A DNA stretch of 59,151 nucleotides, counting the filler, from Ionaspis alba (taxonomy: Eukaryota): NCBI GenBank assembly GCA_964255285.1. It is 6 parts of 6 records of this genome, joined end to end, with 100 filler letters (N's around TTAATTAATTAA, not from the genome) between each part and the next. Parts side by side here need not be neighbours in the genome. Positions count along the whole stretch, not along the records: positions 29,706 to 39,461 come from CAXUUL010000646.1; positions 39,562 to 49,309 come from CAXUUL010000647.1; 4 more parts are not named here. One strand, 5' to 3'. How positions within the stretch are numbered: the first letter of the stretch is position 1; each line of letters opens with the position of its first letter. The notes below the pieces were generated by a model. The model did no database searches. It was not told where the DNA came from and worked only from the letters and a program-made list of their open reading frames with translations. This document shows positions 35,564 through 48,461 of the stretch, one piece after another. Made by a program: the position numbers and the translations under genes.

Positions 35564-36205
35564 ATGGAAACAAGTTTCACCCAATTCGCACAAAGCACTT
35601 TCATCGTCACCCGCACTTCCACTGTCACCCGAACTCCCATCGATTTCAGCATTCCCTCCATACTCACTGTCCCTCAACCGACTCAGTCAGCGACCTTCAC
35701 CACTGCCACATCCGAATCTGCTCTACCCGCTCCTACGTTCATATTCGATACTCAATCCCCCACTCCCATATACACCACCACAATTACAGACGTATCTACT
35801 CTGTCTGCCACGATCAGATACGTATTTTATCCATCCACCACGACTACACACGTATCTACTCCGTCCGCCACGACCCCATCCTCATTTACTCCATCTGCCA
35901 CACCTACCGATACTCCACCCTCAAGCGCTGCAAGCGGAACAGACAACAGCATTAATAAAACAGGCCTTAGTATCGGTCTTGGTGTTCCTCTAGGAATTAT
36001 CGCATTCATAGGGATCGTCTATGGAGCCTGGCGTCTTGGTCGACGTAGCCGGCCTGCATACAACGATGTACAGTCACCCGGCATTGCAGACGAGAAAGGC
36101 CTCCAGCACACGTGGCACAACCAGCCGTATGAGATGGCCCAGCCGGTAGCTGAGTTACCACCGTCTTCGTGGCCTGTCGCTGAGATGCCTACGCATCCGT
36201 CGTGA
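35564..36205 (+). CDS. Ser/Thr-rich single-pass membrane protein (Mid2/Wsc-like architecture); true start uncertain
   Basis: Mucin-like S/T/P stretch, TM GLSIGLGVPLGIIAFIGIVYGAW, basic stop-transfer RLGRRSR, cytosolic YEM/AELP/AEMP repeats. No clear signal peptide. Confidence 0.7.
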   Translation: METSFTQFAQSTFIVTRTSTVTRTPIDFSIPSILTVPQPTQSATFTTATSESALPAPTFIFDTQSPTPIYTTTITDVSTLSATIRYVFYPSTTTTHVSTPSATTPSSFTPSATPTDTPPSSAASGTDNSINKTGLSIGLGVPLGIIAFIGIVYGAWRLGRRSRPAYNDVQSPGIADEKGLQHTWHNQPYEMAQPVAELPPSSWPVAEMPTHPS

Positions 36206-37305
36206 GTTGTGGAGGCGTTTTGTTGAGTGGGTCGTCACCAGAGGGTTTCGGGAAATATGATTCTGGTTGGTCTTTAAAGAGTCCAGGCTTTTGGATTAAG
36301 CAGGGAGTTGCTCCTTTGAGGACTTCTTGCCATTGATCTTGCTTGGAACAATGCACATCACTCCATGGACGAGGTCATGACTCGAAAGCAATGGGGCTCT
36401 TGAGCGCCCTCGGTTAGAAGTATATCGTATATCGAGTTACTCAAAATTCCATGAACAAGTAGATGACAGCTATGTCCAAACCGTCTAAGCCATATCCACC
36501 AACCTGGAAGACCCTACGTATATCACAAGACCCAAATGATTCTATGGAAGGACTTAATCCACTCGATTCACAATTAGTTAAGCCGGCGTTGATCCAATGA
36601 ACAATGGAGAAACAGAGCATTTAATCTCTTTTCAAGACCATGGGAAAGCTATTTAGATTTCAAGCGTTGCTGCTGTGGTAAATTAGAGGGATAAAGCTTA
36701 GCGGACTATGGAGGAACTAGCTGGGGATGGTTTCGTATCCCTGACCCGGAAAACATGTATAGTCGGACAGAAGATCCATTTAACCTGAGCTCAAGGTGAA
36801 GTCCCTAGACTGAGGCCAAGTGTAGCTGAGAAAGGAGAGGCCCATCACCTGCCATTCCTCATGTTTTTGTTATGTAGCGTGTTCCCGCCATCTCTGGCTT
36901 GTACCAGCTGAAGAAGGCTTTCAATGAATGTATGACATGGGTTTTCTTCTCCGAGTCAAACCAAGAACATTTGCGCGTGCTTGTAGCCAGGCAGTTTGCA
37001 TTACTTTGATTTACGTCCTCTTTTTATTGTTCTCTGTCTGGGTGATACAGCATGGGTGCCCCCCGGCTATTCCTTTTCGGAGTAAGTTTTTCTTCTTCGA
37101 ACGGCCTTTTCAGCTATGTTTCAGCCTGGTGAGCCCGTTTACACGGCTTTGATGCAGCGCATTTCCGCCCAAAAGCTCACAGATATTGTGAAATCACATT
37201 TAGAGAAAGGGGTCGGCGGACGCCCCCTGCGTTCTATATTTTCATTTTCGCCGTATGAGAAGCTGCCCTCATAAAGCGGATATGCTCGTACTTTCCATTA
37301 TTTCA

Positions 37306-38861
37306 CCTTCCGGATATATCAACTCGATTCATTGAGGACAAAAGCACGCAAAAAGCCTAGCCAAAGCTCTCGCCATTTTCCAGGGATCATGGTTTCTTCT
37401 ACAGAATTCTTGGAAGACTAGTATTAGGTCAGGATTCAGGCATAGGGATTGCCAAGGGGCTAAGACTACGCTAGTGCACGCGACTAGCGTATGTACATAG
37501 TACCCTTGTTAGTCTACACTCTGTACAATCAATCGATAGAGTTACACACTACAGAGACCACCTCCACCATGGATGGCTGCGTAATCGTAACTCAACAGCT
37601 AGTGGATGGGTTACCGATTTCGCTACTGGAGATTCATACTACGGTACGTGCATTCTTGTGTACTACCTGTGGTGGGAGAAGCCGTATGATGTGGAAGATG
37701 CTATCGTGTTGACGGGGGATTGGATCCATCCTCTTGCTGATGCTTTGTGGATGTTTAGTTATAACAAAGTCTCGACGGAGTGGCTTAGTGGTAGAGACGG
37801 AAAATGTGAAAGACTACGGTCACCGGTAATCGAGGGTATGTTTCATACGAAATGAGTTTTAGGAACATGCTCATCCAGAAACGCCAAATCTGGGTTTGGT
37901 TGCCATTGAACCAATGTTAATAGAACTTCAGAACATTCCGTCAATCAAAGAAATGTCCTCGGAGCCACGGGACCTCCTTCATGAGACTGTCGAAACACCT
38001 GACAACATTGACACTTCCAATGTTCAAGGAGCGTACCATATTCACGTACTGAGACTGCTGCATCTAGAGACTCAATCCATTCGAGTACTAGAGCATCCAG
38101 AGTCGGAAAAGATCAAAGATAGCGAAGTCCTTCTCCCATTTGGCTTCGGTCCAAACTTTATGAGCAAAACATTCCATGCTTTCAAGGTGATTACCTGCAT
38201 ACAGATTCAAATACAGTACTAGAGGTATAGATCGCTGTCAATACCAATTGACAAAGTCGCGCTTGAGAGATGGACGCTTGTTTGCAAGGCTTTCAATTTG
38301 TTCCCCGAGAGTTGGAGTCAGTTCAAGCGCGAGAAGAGCAGATCCTCCTGCAATGATAACCCAGGCTGGACCATCTCCGAATATTCCTCCAAAGCTCGAG
38401 ATTTGAGTTACTTGAGCCCAAGGATCCCCTATTTATTTGGGAAAGATATGATAGATGGAGATAGGAATGTTCTCCCGTTCGGTCTGGCCGCCATCTGTTC
38501 GACAGTCTACGGCGGAATACACATTTCAGCATGGCAGCACTTTCCCCCCACTTCATGGGAAAGATTGCTGTGGAGATCTTCAAATGTTCTGTTAGCAAGC
38601 ACAAGTCTCTGGTGGGCTTTATACAAGCTGACAAAGATTTGTCTGAAACTTACAGAAAATGTCCCTGGGCTAGCTGAGCGTCTTTTCAACGGTTGGGCCA
38701 TGACGGGTCCCGCTACGGTTGAAAGGTGTTTTGTGTGGTTTTACATGATTGCCAGAGCTTACCTACCCATAGAAGCTTTTATCAGTCTTAGAGATCTTCC
38801 TTTGGGCCTGTACCAGAATACAAGGTGGAAGCAGATTATACATGGAATACCGCACTTATAG
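37306..38861 (+). pseudogene. Degenerate copy of a common fungal multi-TM uncharacterised family
   Basis: Family motifs lie in shifting frames: LPDIS..IEDKS..LAKALAIFQGSWFLLQ, GLPISLLEIHT, LWWEKPYDV, YGGIHISAW..FPPT.WERLLWR, ARAYL.IEAFISLRDLP..IPHL. Frameshifts near 37405 and 37660, premature stops, and a 176-bp insertion. The 5' part probably extends to about 36700. Confidence 0.8.
37422..37597 (+). mobile_element. Solo-LTR-like insertion (176 bp) with 5-bp target-site duplication
   Basis: Termini TATTAG...TCAACA (TG..CA with G>A decay); flanks ACTAG (37417-37421) and GCTAG (37598-37602). Removing it restores G-R-L-V-D-G-L-P-I-S. Confidence 0.7.
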
Positions 38862-39461
38862 TTCAGCTAGATTCATGATTTTCTGGCTCTGAACTCAATA
38901 TATCTACTCTGCCAACGGATGCCTTCGACGATAATCTGGAGGAATGACCTGGTAATATTGGGCAGTTCTCTAATCTCTTTGGGCAATCTTTAGAGGGCTG
39001 TTGATGTCCTCTGACACATAGTCGCTGCGGAGCTGTTCACATCTCGTCGATGAGAGGATCTTGTACTGACGTTTCGCGTGGTCCACGAATTATGGATGAG
39101 GTGAATAAGCTCTGTGCTGCGGTCCTCGGCATGATTGGCGAGCTCATGAAATTCTCAATGACATTTATGACCGACATTTCTAGTCCGAAGCCCCCCAACA
39201 ACCTATATATGCTGTCGAATTCCTAGTTTACACTGCGACAGCACGAGAAATAGTTCATCTTAGTATCCCGAAATCTAGTTGATACACCCCAGTAAATCTC
39301 CATTGTTCATCCAACAAATCAAATCCCTAATCCCAGCCCCAACTAACCAGCCCTAATGCCCTGCCCGAGTGCCGACCACCCTCTTTGCGCCTCCATACCT
39401 CGGCTACAGGAGCAATAGCTAACGTGCCACAAAATCGGCCAATCGTTGCACGCGCATCCCC

Positions 39462-39561
39462 NNNNNNNNNNNNNNNNNNNNNNNNNNNNNNNNNNNNNNN
39501 NNNNNTTAATTAATTAANNNNNNNNNNNNNNNNNNNNNNNNNNNNNNNNNNNNNNNNNNNN
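39462..39561. other. Artificial scaffold linker N44-TTAATTAATTAA-N44
   Basis: Identical structure to the other linkers. Confidence 0.98.
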
Positions 39562-39598
39562 TTAGTAGTGTATTGTTGATCCTGACACGCCGCCATAG

Positions 39599-40253
39599 CT
39601 TCTTCAAAATGGTCTCACCATGGATTTTCAACTTCTTTCTCCCCTGGTTCTACACGGATTCGTTTGTGCGTTTTGATAAGAGCAATAAAATCCATATTGC
39701 AGATCTCCTAGGGCTTTATTTCTTGAGCGAGAAATTGCAAGCTCCTGCTCTTCGAAACGCTGTTATCAGCCATATTGTGCATCAAATGTCACAGCTTGGT
39801 CACATCGTTCCTACTGGATATACCCGTCCAATATATCAGCATACGAGTCCATCTGCATCATTACGGCGTCTGTGGGTCGACATATATGCTTGGGTAATCA
39901 CCACTAAGGGTTTCGCCGAGGAATTGGACAAAGGGGATCTGGATGCCAACTTTTTGAAAGATCTGACCAAGGAGCAGATATCGATATTGCGTAGTGGTCG
40001 AAAGGTGGATGGGACTGATCAGCCACTATTCAAGACCAATGTTTCATCCTACCTTGACCAAGATCCAACCGCAGAACTGGCCAACTGGAGGACTCTCGCT
40101 GTCGAGGGGGACAATTTCGAGATTCCAAGGGCTCTACGTGAACGAGTCGAAAGTTTGGAAACTAGCCTTGACGAAGCAGGTGTCCAAATTGCAGAGCTCG
40201 AAACACTGCTCGAGGACTCCTCTAAACCCAAGAAGAAGAGGCGCATGAGATGA
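39599..40253 (+). CDS. Last exon of a BTB/POZ-domain protein; 5' part missing at scaffold start
   Basis: Acceptor CCTGAC...CATAG at 39598. FNFFLPWFYT, LYFLSEKLQAPALRNAVI and YQHTSPSASLRRLWVD are typical of fungal BTB proteins; coiled coil and KPKKKRR NLS at the C-terminus. Confidence 0.75.
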
Positions 40254-40322
40254 GGCCATTACGCACGGAAGGAGAGACTGGAGGCACCGATGTTCTCAAC
40301 AGGTTTCGTAGCTAAGGAACCA

Positions 40323-41022
40323 CTATTCTTGGTTTGAAAAAGTATTTCCGTGCTTTTTTTTCTTCTTCTGCTTCTTCCTGTGCTTTTCTGCCAGAACCTC
40401 ATCAAGATAGCTACTAACTCGCTTTGAGGGACGAGATGGATCCGCATTGCTAGCTTCCATGTGGTCGTTCACTTCCTTACTGTCGTCTTCAAGATTCTCT
40501 GGTCCCTGTTGAATCGGAATCTTCTTCTTCGCCTTTGACTTTCCGAGAGTAGACCGCCCTTCCTCGTCATCCTCTTCCTCAACGTCAACCTTCGATGTCG
40601 TCATTGGACGTGGCTTGCTACCGAGGTTCGCACCACCAAGCCTTCCCTTCCACGCACCGACTGTTGCACCATATAACTTTGCAAAGTCCTTGCCCAGTAG
40701 CTGTTTCCGTAGCCGGTCATTCGAACTCAGTTCCTGACGCTTGAAATCGCCGTCTTTGACATCTTTGGGTAGCGGTGCACCGAGACCAAGTCTGTAGCTC
40801 CTTGTCAGAAGATACTCTAGATCAGAAATAGTAGACCGACAGTTCGGGCATGGGGGTGAACAATTCTTGCTCCTCTTTCTCGATCTCCTCTTCCGATTTG
40901 GCATTTCGTAATTCTTCATCCGTTCTCGGCGGCAGCCATGACGCGATTAATCGCTGGCTTTTTGCCAGAGCAACATTGGCTCTATTGAATATGATGTCTG
41001 CCTCACTCGTAGGTGCTGGCAT
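40323..41022 (-). CDS. DUF3245-like nuclear/nucleolar fungal protein
   Basis: Exons 41022-40841 and 40791-40323. NRANVALAKSQRLIASWLPP, LGLGA, LRKQLLGK, EEGRSTLGK and SYLDEVLAEK..KKKKK. Confidence 0.75.
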
Positions 41023-41229
41023 TCTGACGAGAGTTTAGCAGCGTGACGGAATTCAGAGTCATTGGAACCGAAGAAGGGCCGTTGAGATGCCAAGGAGATC
41101 GAGCGGGCCTCGGCCGATCAAGCCCTCCGGTAGTTGAACCCCGACCTTGAGCTCGACCCAGCTGTCCAGAGCTGCCCGCTTGCACAACATACTCTTCCTA
41201 TCAGGCATTGCATTGTCTTTGCCCTCACT

Positions 41230-42989
41230 ATGTTCAAGATAGCTCGCAGCCGGCCATTGGCCGCTGCTTTCAGAGCAATCAAGGTACGGATAGCCTAGCA
41301 CTGACAAACAGATCTGAGCTGACCATTGTGTAGGACACTCCTACTAGAAGCTCTATGATACAACAAAAGCGCAGTCTTTCGATTCATGAATACCTTTCGG
41401 CAAATCTCCTGAAGAGTGTCAGTCACTTGCATTTTCCTCCCGTGGCCCAAGAGCTCATGAACTGCAGTATGGCATTGGCGTGCCCAAGGGCGAGGTAGCC
41501 CGTACAGCTGATGAAGCAGAAGCTATTGCGTCGAAGATTGGTATGCATGGCTCTTCCAACAGCTCAGACAACTTAGCTGACTGGTTGAAGGTGGCGACGA
41601 CATGGTCATCAAGGCACAGGTCCTGGCCGGCGGACGAGGAAAAGGCACATTTGACAACGGGCTGAAAGGCGGAGTTAGGGTCATATACTCGTATGGTCTG
41701 CCTCATTTCACCATTGAGTGCAGAGCTTACAACGGGTACTTTCTACAGACCCACGGAAGCCAGGATGTTCGCAGACCAAATGATCGGCCACAAGCTCGTC
41801 ACCAAGCAAACGGGAGCGGCGGGCCGCCTCTGCAACGCCGTCTACATCTGCGAGCGAAAATTCGCCCGAAGAGAGTTCTATCTCGCAATTCTCATGGACC
41901 GCGCCTCGCAGGGACCCGTTATCATCGCCTCATCTCAGGGAGGCATGGATATTGAGACAGTGGCCAAGGAGTCCCCGGAAGCAATCGTGACTACGCACGT
42001 CAATATCCATAAGGGCGTTACGGATGATGTTGCCCGGAACATTGCTACAGAGCTGGGCTTCTCGGAGCAGTGCATTGAAGATGCGAAAGATACGATACAG
42101 AAACTCTACAAGGTCTTCATGGAGAAAGACGCTACTCAGATCGAGATCAACCCTCTCTCAGAGACATCGGATCACCAGGTTCTGGCAATGGATGCCAAAT
42201 TGAACTTCGATGATAATGCGGATTTTAGACAGAAGGAGATCTTCTCGTGGAGAGACACGACACAGGAGGATGCTGATGAGGTCAAGGCGGCTGAGTATGC
42301 CATTTCATTTCTATCTCCTCGTGGACTTCCGTCTGATAAGCATAGGTACGGTTTGAACTTCATCAAGCTCGATGGAGATATCGGCTGCTTAGGTACTTTC
42401 CCAATCACCTTTGGCTGCACGTATCTGATGAGTTCAAGTTAATGGTGCTGGTCTCGCCATGGCCACTATGGACATTATCAAGCTCAACGGCGGCCAACCA
42501 GCGAATTTCCTTGACGTCGGCGGTGGAGCCACGCCTCAAGCTATCAAGCAAGCCTTCGACCTGATCACCAGCGATCCTAAGGTCACAGCCATCTTCGTTA
42601 ACATCTTCGGTGGTATCGTGAGGTGCGATGCCATCGCACAGGGCCTGATTAGCGTGGTTGAGAGCATGAACTTGCGGACTCCTATTGTGGCCAGGTTACA
42701 AGGGACAAATATGGAGCAGGCACACAAGTTGGTCAGTGGCTCCATGTCAAGAATTACAAAACCTCGAATTTGCTTACGCCGTTCGTGCAATAGATCAACG
42801 AGTCGGGTCTTAAGATTTTCTCAATCGAGGACTTACAGAGCGCAGCCGAGAAGTCGGTTCAGTTCTCCAAGGTAGTGAAAATGGGTATGTGTTTTCGCCG
42901 GTAGTGGAGACCACATGGAAGTACAGCAGCTGACGCATACCTTAGCACGAGACATCGATGTTGGGGTAGAATTCTCGCTCGGCATCTGA
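41230..42989 (+). CDS. LSC2: Succinyl-CoA ligase beta subunit, mitochondrial
   Basis: Presequence MFKIARSR..., then [61 protein letters not shown] and [10 protein letters not shown]; about 8 introns; ends VEFSLGI-TGA. Confidence 0.97.
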
Positions 42990-43402
42990 TCCTGTTTACC
43001 TCTATTATTCTATGCAGCAACCCTTCCGTCCCTAAGCGTCTCCTAGCATTGCTCCCAGTCCCTGCGACTTTACACCATGTAACTATTTCAGTCGAGCAAG
43101 CAGTACCATGAAGCGAATGTATCCATTGCACTCATGAATCGCAATTCATCCTATCTTGAACTAATGAGGAATTCCCACATCGTGCCCGAGGCTTTCTTTG
43201 AATCCGCATGGCCTCCGGTCCGGATGAACAAAACTTGAAAGCTAATGTGTTAGTAGATTGCTAATCTGTCAGTCATATAACGACAACACTGGCAGTGATC
43301 GACCATGGCGACATGCATCTCCGATTACTTGCTTATCAGTCCACTGCAAAACCACTTTATACGGCCAAATTATGATGGAATCTATCCCCGGCTGCCTTCT
43401 TC

Positions 43403-45373
43403 CTAACTAGCCAAGCTCTCTCCCTCCCTTTCCTTCCTCACCCTCGCTTCCTCTTCCAGGAACGCCGCCTGCTCTACCCTAGCTTTCCGAAGATCCACAA
43501 ACAACACCAAACCCACAAGGCTGACCAAGCTCAATGCAAATAAGAAATAAAACGGGGTCGACGCATTTCCAGTTGGAGAAGCATCAATGATGGCGCTGGA
43601 CACCAAGGGACCGATGAACGAGGAGGTCTTCCCAATAATGCTAAAGAGGCTGAAGAAGAGGAATTCATAGCCGCGGGGCGTGACTTCGGAGATCATGATC
43701 TGCGAGTAGGAGTACCACGGGCATACGCTAAGGATTTGGTTTAGTTTTATGGTCACCACTGTACAAGGGAGAGCGGCGACATACAAGAGCCCATAGAATG
43801 TCTGATACACCCAGACCTCCCAGACGTTGTGGAAGCCAAAGTTTGATGTCCAAATGCCAATCATGCCCCAGCCATCTCTGCATCTTATTAGTATTCCAAT
43901 CACGCACTTGGAGCGCTTTTTGGCTCGAGAGAGACAAGATTTCAGGTCGACTTACAGCAAGATAATTCCGACCATGATTGCATTGAACATCGTCTTCGTT
44001 CCAAGCCCGAACCGTCGTTGCGTCCACCAGAAGACATAAATCCCCACCGCCTGTGCGGCAATACCGACGATCAGCAGATAGGTGAGTGTGAGCGTGTCGT
44101 AAGCAACGATACTATTTTGCAGTGTGGCGATAACGGTGACGGTAGTATTGAGGGAGTCGCCGAGGAGAAAATAGCCTAAAGAACCTTTGATTAGCTATTG
44201 CACCCAAGAACATGACGAGAGATATTAGGAAAGGACAATCTACCGATGAGGTATATCAAGCTCTGCTTCAGCCGCCAGATCTTCGTCAAAGCTCTATAAA
44301 GCTGCCAGAAACCAACCAGGATACTGAGATGGCGTTAGCAAGACTGCACGGCGCAGAACCAGAGAAGATTGAGGTAGAGGTCTTCACATATTCATATTAG
44401 CCGGTACAGCTTGCCCCGGCCTCCTCTTCTCCAATACAAACCATGGAATCGCAAGCATAAGCCAAACACCCGTTGCGAAAGCTATCAGCACGCTCAAACC
44501 ATAATTGTTATTCTCTACACTAGCATTGACGTTGACACCATACAGCACACCGACTATGACAGCTAGGATAACAATCTCGCCAAGAGACTGAATGTAGAAG
44601 GCCATATTGGCAAGTCGGCTCCGCTGCATCATATCAACGAAGTCGTACTCGCCACGCGTGATGGTTCCTGCCGTGTACTGCTCGGCCTTGGTGCGGAGCT
44701 CGGGTGTGTTGCGCGCCAGACCGGGGAAGGCTGCCGTCCAAAAGGTGAGGGTTGTTTGGTAGGCGATTACTGTGGATCTTTTGTCAGGCTAGAAGAGAGA
44801 GGGCGCGTGAGTAAGGCGTACGTCCGACTATATACATTCCTGCTGCAGCCTCCCATTTCTCGGGAGTGTATATTCCCATGAAGCCGAACCCTATAGCCCA
44901 CGCTATCACTGAAAGTACAATCAAAATATTTGGCCGCCATGTCCCGAAGTCTGTAGTGGATCAGAAGTTTGACTCTTGCATATCTTGTAAATGTGCAAGT
45001 CGTTACCGGCGTAGCTCCCGATTATCAAGAAGAGCACTATTTGAATTGCAAAGCTGATTCCATTGGATAAGAGCACAATGCTATTGATCGTTCTTTCCTT
45101 CCCAGCAAACATTAACGTCTCTGAGTCCCCTGCCGCCTGAAATAGCAGATTCTGGAATTGGGTTGGAGCAAAATTGAACAGCGTAAGTCCGTTGTTGCCA
45201 ATGTAGTAGGCATAGTATGCCCATATCTCATTTCGGGTGGTCTCGTATTTAGGATCGAATTGATCAGGGGCGACAGGACGCTCTTCCTCAGGAAGCTCTG
45301 TTCCTTCGATACCACCTTGCTTGGGATCTTCTGCGGTGGGCATCATTGCGAAGCCTGGATCATTGGACGCCAT
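43403..45373 (-). CDS. Atg22/UMF1-family MFS transporter (vacuolar amino-acid efflux-like)
   Basis: About 7 exons. EIWAYYAYYIGNNG, FNFAPTQFQNLL, GSYADFGTWRP, FWTAAFPGLARN, YFLGDSLNTTV and PRGYEFLFFSLFSIIGKTSSFIGP. Confidence 0.88.
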
Positions 45374-46030
45374 GGCTGGTGGAGGACTTTCAAGCACGAA
45401 TGATGCGGATTTGTACCGGAAAATGAAACAGTGTAATCCAATCAACTCATAGCTAAAGTCACACAACGGTACAGAGAAATGAGAAAAATTTTGCCAAACG
45501 ACTGTGGGTTTAAATTTTGAAGCTCTGCTTGTAGAGCGTCTAAAAGAACTTCATTGGTTGAAGATGGCGCGGGGAGATAAGCAATTAACCGATCGGCCCG
45601 TGCGCTTTTTGTAGCTCTAGCAAAATCACGTCAGTTTAGCCAGCTCTAGTCTGCTTGAGCTATCCATTCGCGGGCAGCCCATCCTCTCGTCCTAGACACA
45701 ATATGGAAGGTAGATAAACAGGTGGTCATAGAGAAACAGACTTTCAACACATTTTCTCCATCAAAGTCGTCAGAACTTAGATTGTTTGATAATGCATCAG
45801 AAGACCACTCATCGCAGGATGTGAATGTCGAATAGTCTCGTCGCAGTGTTCGACGTTGTACACAGGAGTAGGCGGGAGGAACGAGCAAGAGATATTCAAT
45901 TGAGGATAGATTCCCCGGATTGTACTGCACAACAGCAGCGAGATTGAACTTGGACTTGAACAGAGTCGGAGATTGGTGCTTGTTATGTTGGGACTGTTCT
46001 TTCAAACCTTCCTCTTCACAAGACCCTTGA

Positions 46031-46130
46031 NNNNNNNNNNNNNNNNNNNNNNNNNNNNNNNNNNNNNNNNNNNNNNNNNNNNNNNNNNNNNNNNNNNNNN
46101 NNNNNNNNNNNNNNNNNNNNNNNNNNNNNN
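46031..46130. other. 100-N gap flanked by an identical 55-bp sequence (45976-46030 = 46131-46185); probable false gap
   Basis: GTGCTTGTTATG...AGACCCTTGA occurs immediately on both sides of the gap. Confidence 0.9.
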
Positions 46131-46156
46131 GTGCTTGTTATGTTGGGACTGTTCTT

Positions 46157-48405
46157 TCAAACCTTCCTCTTCACAAGACCCTTGAAAAAGTCGAAGCTGT
46201 TGCTGTCACTCTGCAACTGTATCAGCTTCCCCGTTGGCCTATCCTCCCAGCCTAACTCTTCAGCAATGAGTAGGCCCCAATCTCTAGTGATACCCTTGAT
46301 TCGTGCTTTGACTCCTCCCTCTGCTTCAAGCGTCACGATCTGGTCTGTGTGCAACCAGTGTCTGTAGTACATCTCTTCGAACGACCTGTCGAAGCCGGAC
46401 TGGCAGAATCGAGTGTACAGCGCGGAGAAGGAGGTGATCAGACGAGCAAGAAGCTTCTCGGCCGTGAAAGCGGAAAGATAATCTGGGAGTAGGGCAGAGA
46501 GAGATGTGGTTGGAAGGGTATTGGTAGTGTTGAGACCAATACCGACGACAGACAGATATTCAGAAGACGAGTAATGCGAGTTCACTAAGATACCACCGAT
46601 CTTGACATAGGACTTGGAAGAGGCAGACTTGCTTGGGTCGAGCGCGTCTGAATTATAGAGCCGTCAGCCACCTGCATATGCTAGTGAAGTACGACAGAAC
46701 TTACAAATGTCATTCGGCCATTTGAGTTTGATGGGTAAACGATCATAGCCAGTATCATAGTTTCGGACGCCTTCCACTATTGCAAGCGCCGCAATATATT
46801 GTAGAAATACCACCGGAGCTTTAGGCATCAAAGCCATGTCGTGGCGGACCACAAGAGAGAACATTAGGGACCCCGCAGGAGAAACCCAGATGTTTGAACC
46901 ACGACCGCGGCCCGCTACTTGAACGGTAGCTGTTGCTGTGAATCCCGAAGGAAGACGGCGTAGCAGCTGGGTATTCCTAACCAATGATCAATGATGCGAA
47001 GCGAATCAGGCATCCCTGGCTCTCTTACTTCTCTAGTAGTGTATTAGTGCTCGTAACGACCTCCCCGTACAGTAAGTTCTTTCCAAACTGGTCGTCCACA
47101 TCCTTGCCAGTAGACTGATAGTGTTTTAGATTCGCGAAATAAGCATGATGGTTGAAGTACGGTGTCTCTTTGCTCGCGGGAAGCTCTTTGTCGTGAACGA
47201 TTAGACGCTTGACAATAGTACTATAATCGAGGATTCTATCCTCATCACCATCCTTTTTGTCAGTCTCTGTCCTCGACATGTCTGGAAGAGTAGCAGCAAG
47301 ACTTCCTAGAGACCAAGCAGAGGGCTTCTCAAGATGGAAAGTGTCGTTCTCGTCCTTGATATAGTCCTCTCCACCTTCGGTGATGATAATGTCCTCAAGA
47401 GCAGAGAGAAGCTTGGAAACCTCGGACGATTGCGAGGATGTCAAGTGGAGGCGGGAAAGGGACGGTACCGTTACTTGTTCCGTATTGACTTGCAAGCCCA
47501 ACTTTGCCAAGCACGCCTTCAAGAAGTCCGTCCTCGGTTTTTCGTCCTCTGCAATCATTCCAACCACCTTAGGGAAGTCCTCCACCCCTGTCTTGGTGTT
47601 GAGGTTGACCGCCGCAAATCTAGAGTCCGGTCAGTATCCGGTGTCATCCTCATCTCAACCATCGAAGCTCACTCCGGATGTGGGCTCGTCAGGATAGCCG
47701 CTCCATCACCAACTTTGCAGTAGACAATAGCTGCAGTACCTTCGCCTGAATCGACATGTATTCTCTCCGTGAAGCTGGCTAGGACCTCGACTCCTTTGTC
47801 TTTGTACTTTGGTGCGTCAACAAAGACACCACCTCCGTTATAGTAGGAACGAAAGATGTCGGGCACAGAGCCCTCTGCGAGAACACTTTTGTCAACCTTC
47901 AGCTCGGCAGCTCTAGCCCCTTCCTCGCTGTGATAAACAAAGCCCGGGAATGCACAGCCTCGGCAGACGCCGGGAAAGAATGCTAGTTCTCGATCACCAA
48001 TCACCTCCATTTTCTTGTCACCGACCTCGAATTCGCATCGTTTACTGGCGTAGTATCCTCCAGCACAGAACCCAAAGTATGCGCCTCCACGCTCCACAAA
48101 TTGAGTAATCCTTCTATTGCCTTCTCCGTTTAAAGTCCTGCAATACCCTAAATCAGCTCCACCAGGCATTACAAGCATGGCGCATGTAGCGGTCCATGGC
48201 TCTTTGATGATCGCGTCACCATTGACTGGAAGGACAGCGTAATGCGGAGATAGGAGCCGCCGTAATGTATAGATGCAATGCCGGACTGACTCGATAGTGC
48301 TGCCGTTGCCTGTGTAAATTCAGACGTTGTGCTACCAGTAATGTAGCTAGGGTGGTTGGTTGTAATACCTGAGTAAACAAGAACGTTTAAACGCTTGGAA
48401 GCCAT
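46157..48405 (-). CDS. BPL1: Biotin-protein ligase (holocarboxylase synthetase)
   Basis: MASKRLNVLVYSG, VMPGGADLGYC, GFCAGGYY, VTSTNTLLE, QVAGRGRGSNIW, LKWPNDI, KIGGILVN, VGIGLN and DSNSFDFFKGL; about 4 introns. Confidence 0.96.
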
Positions 48406-48461
48406 CCTTTGCAATTGCAAATCCTACGCCGAGCCAAAATCACTGCGAGAAACCCACGAAG

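Noticed and set aside
45976..46030. Duplicated BPL1 3' end
   Set aside because: Best explained as a k-mer overlap artefact at a gap.
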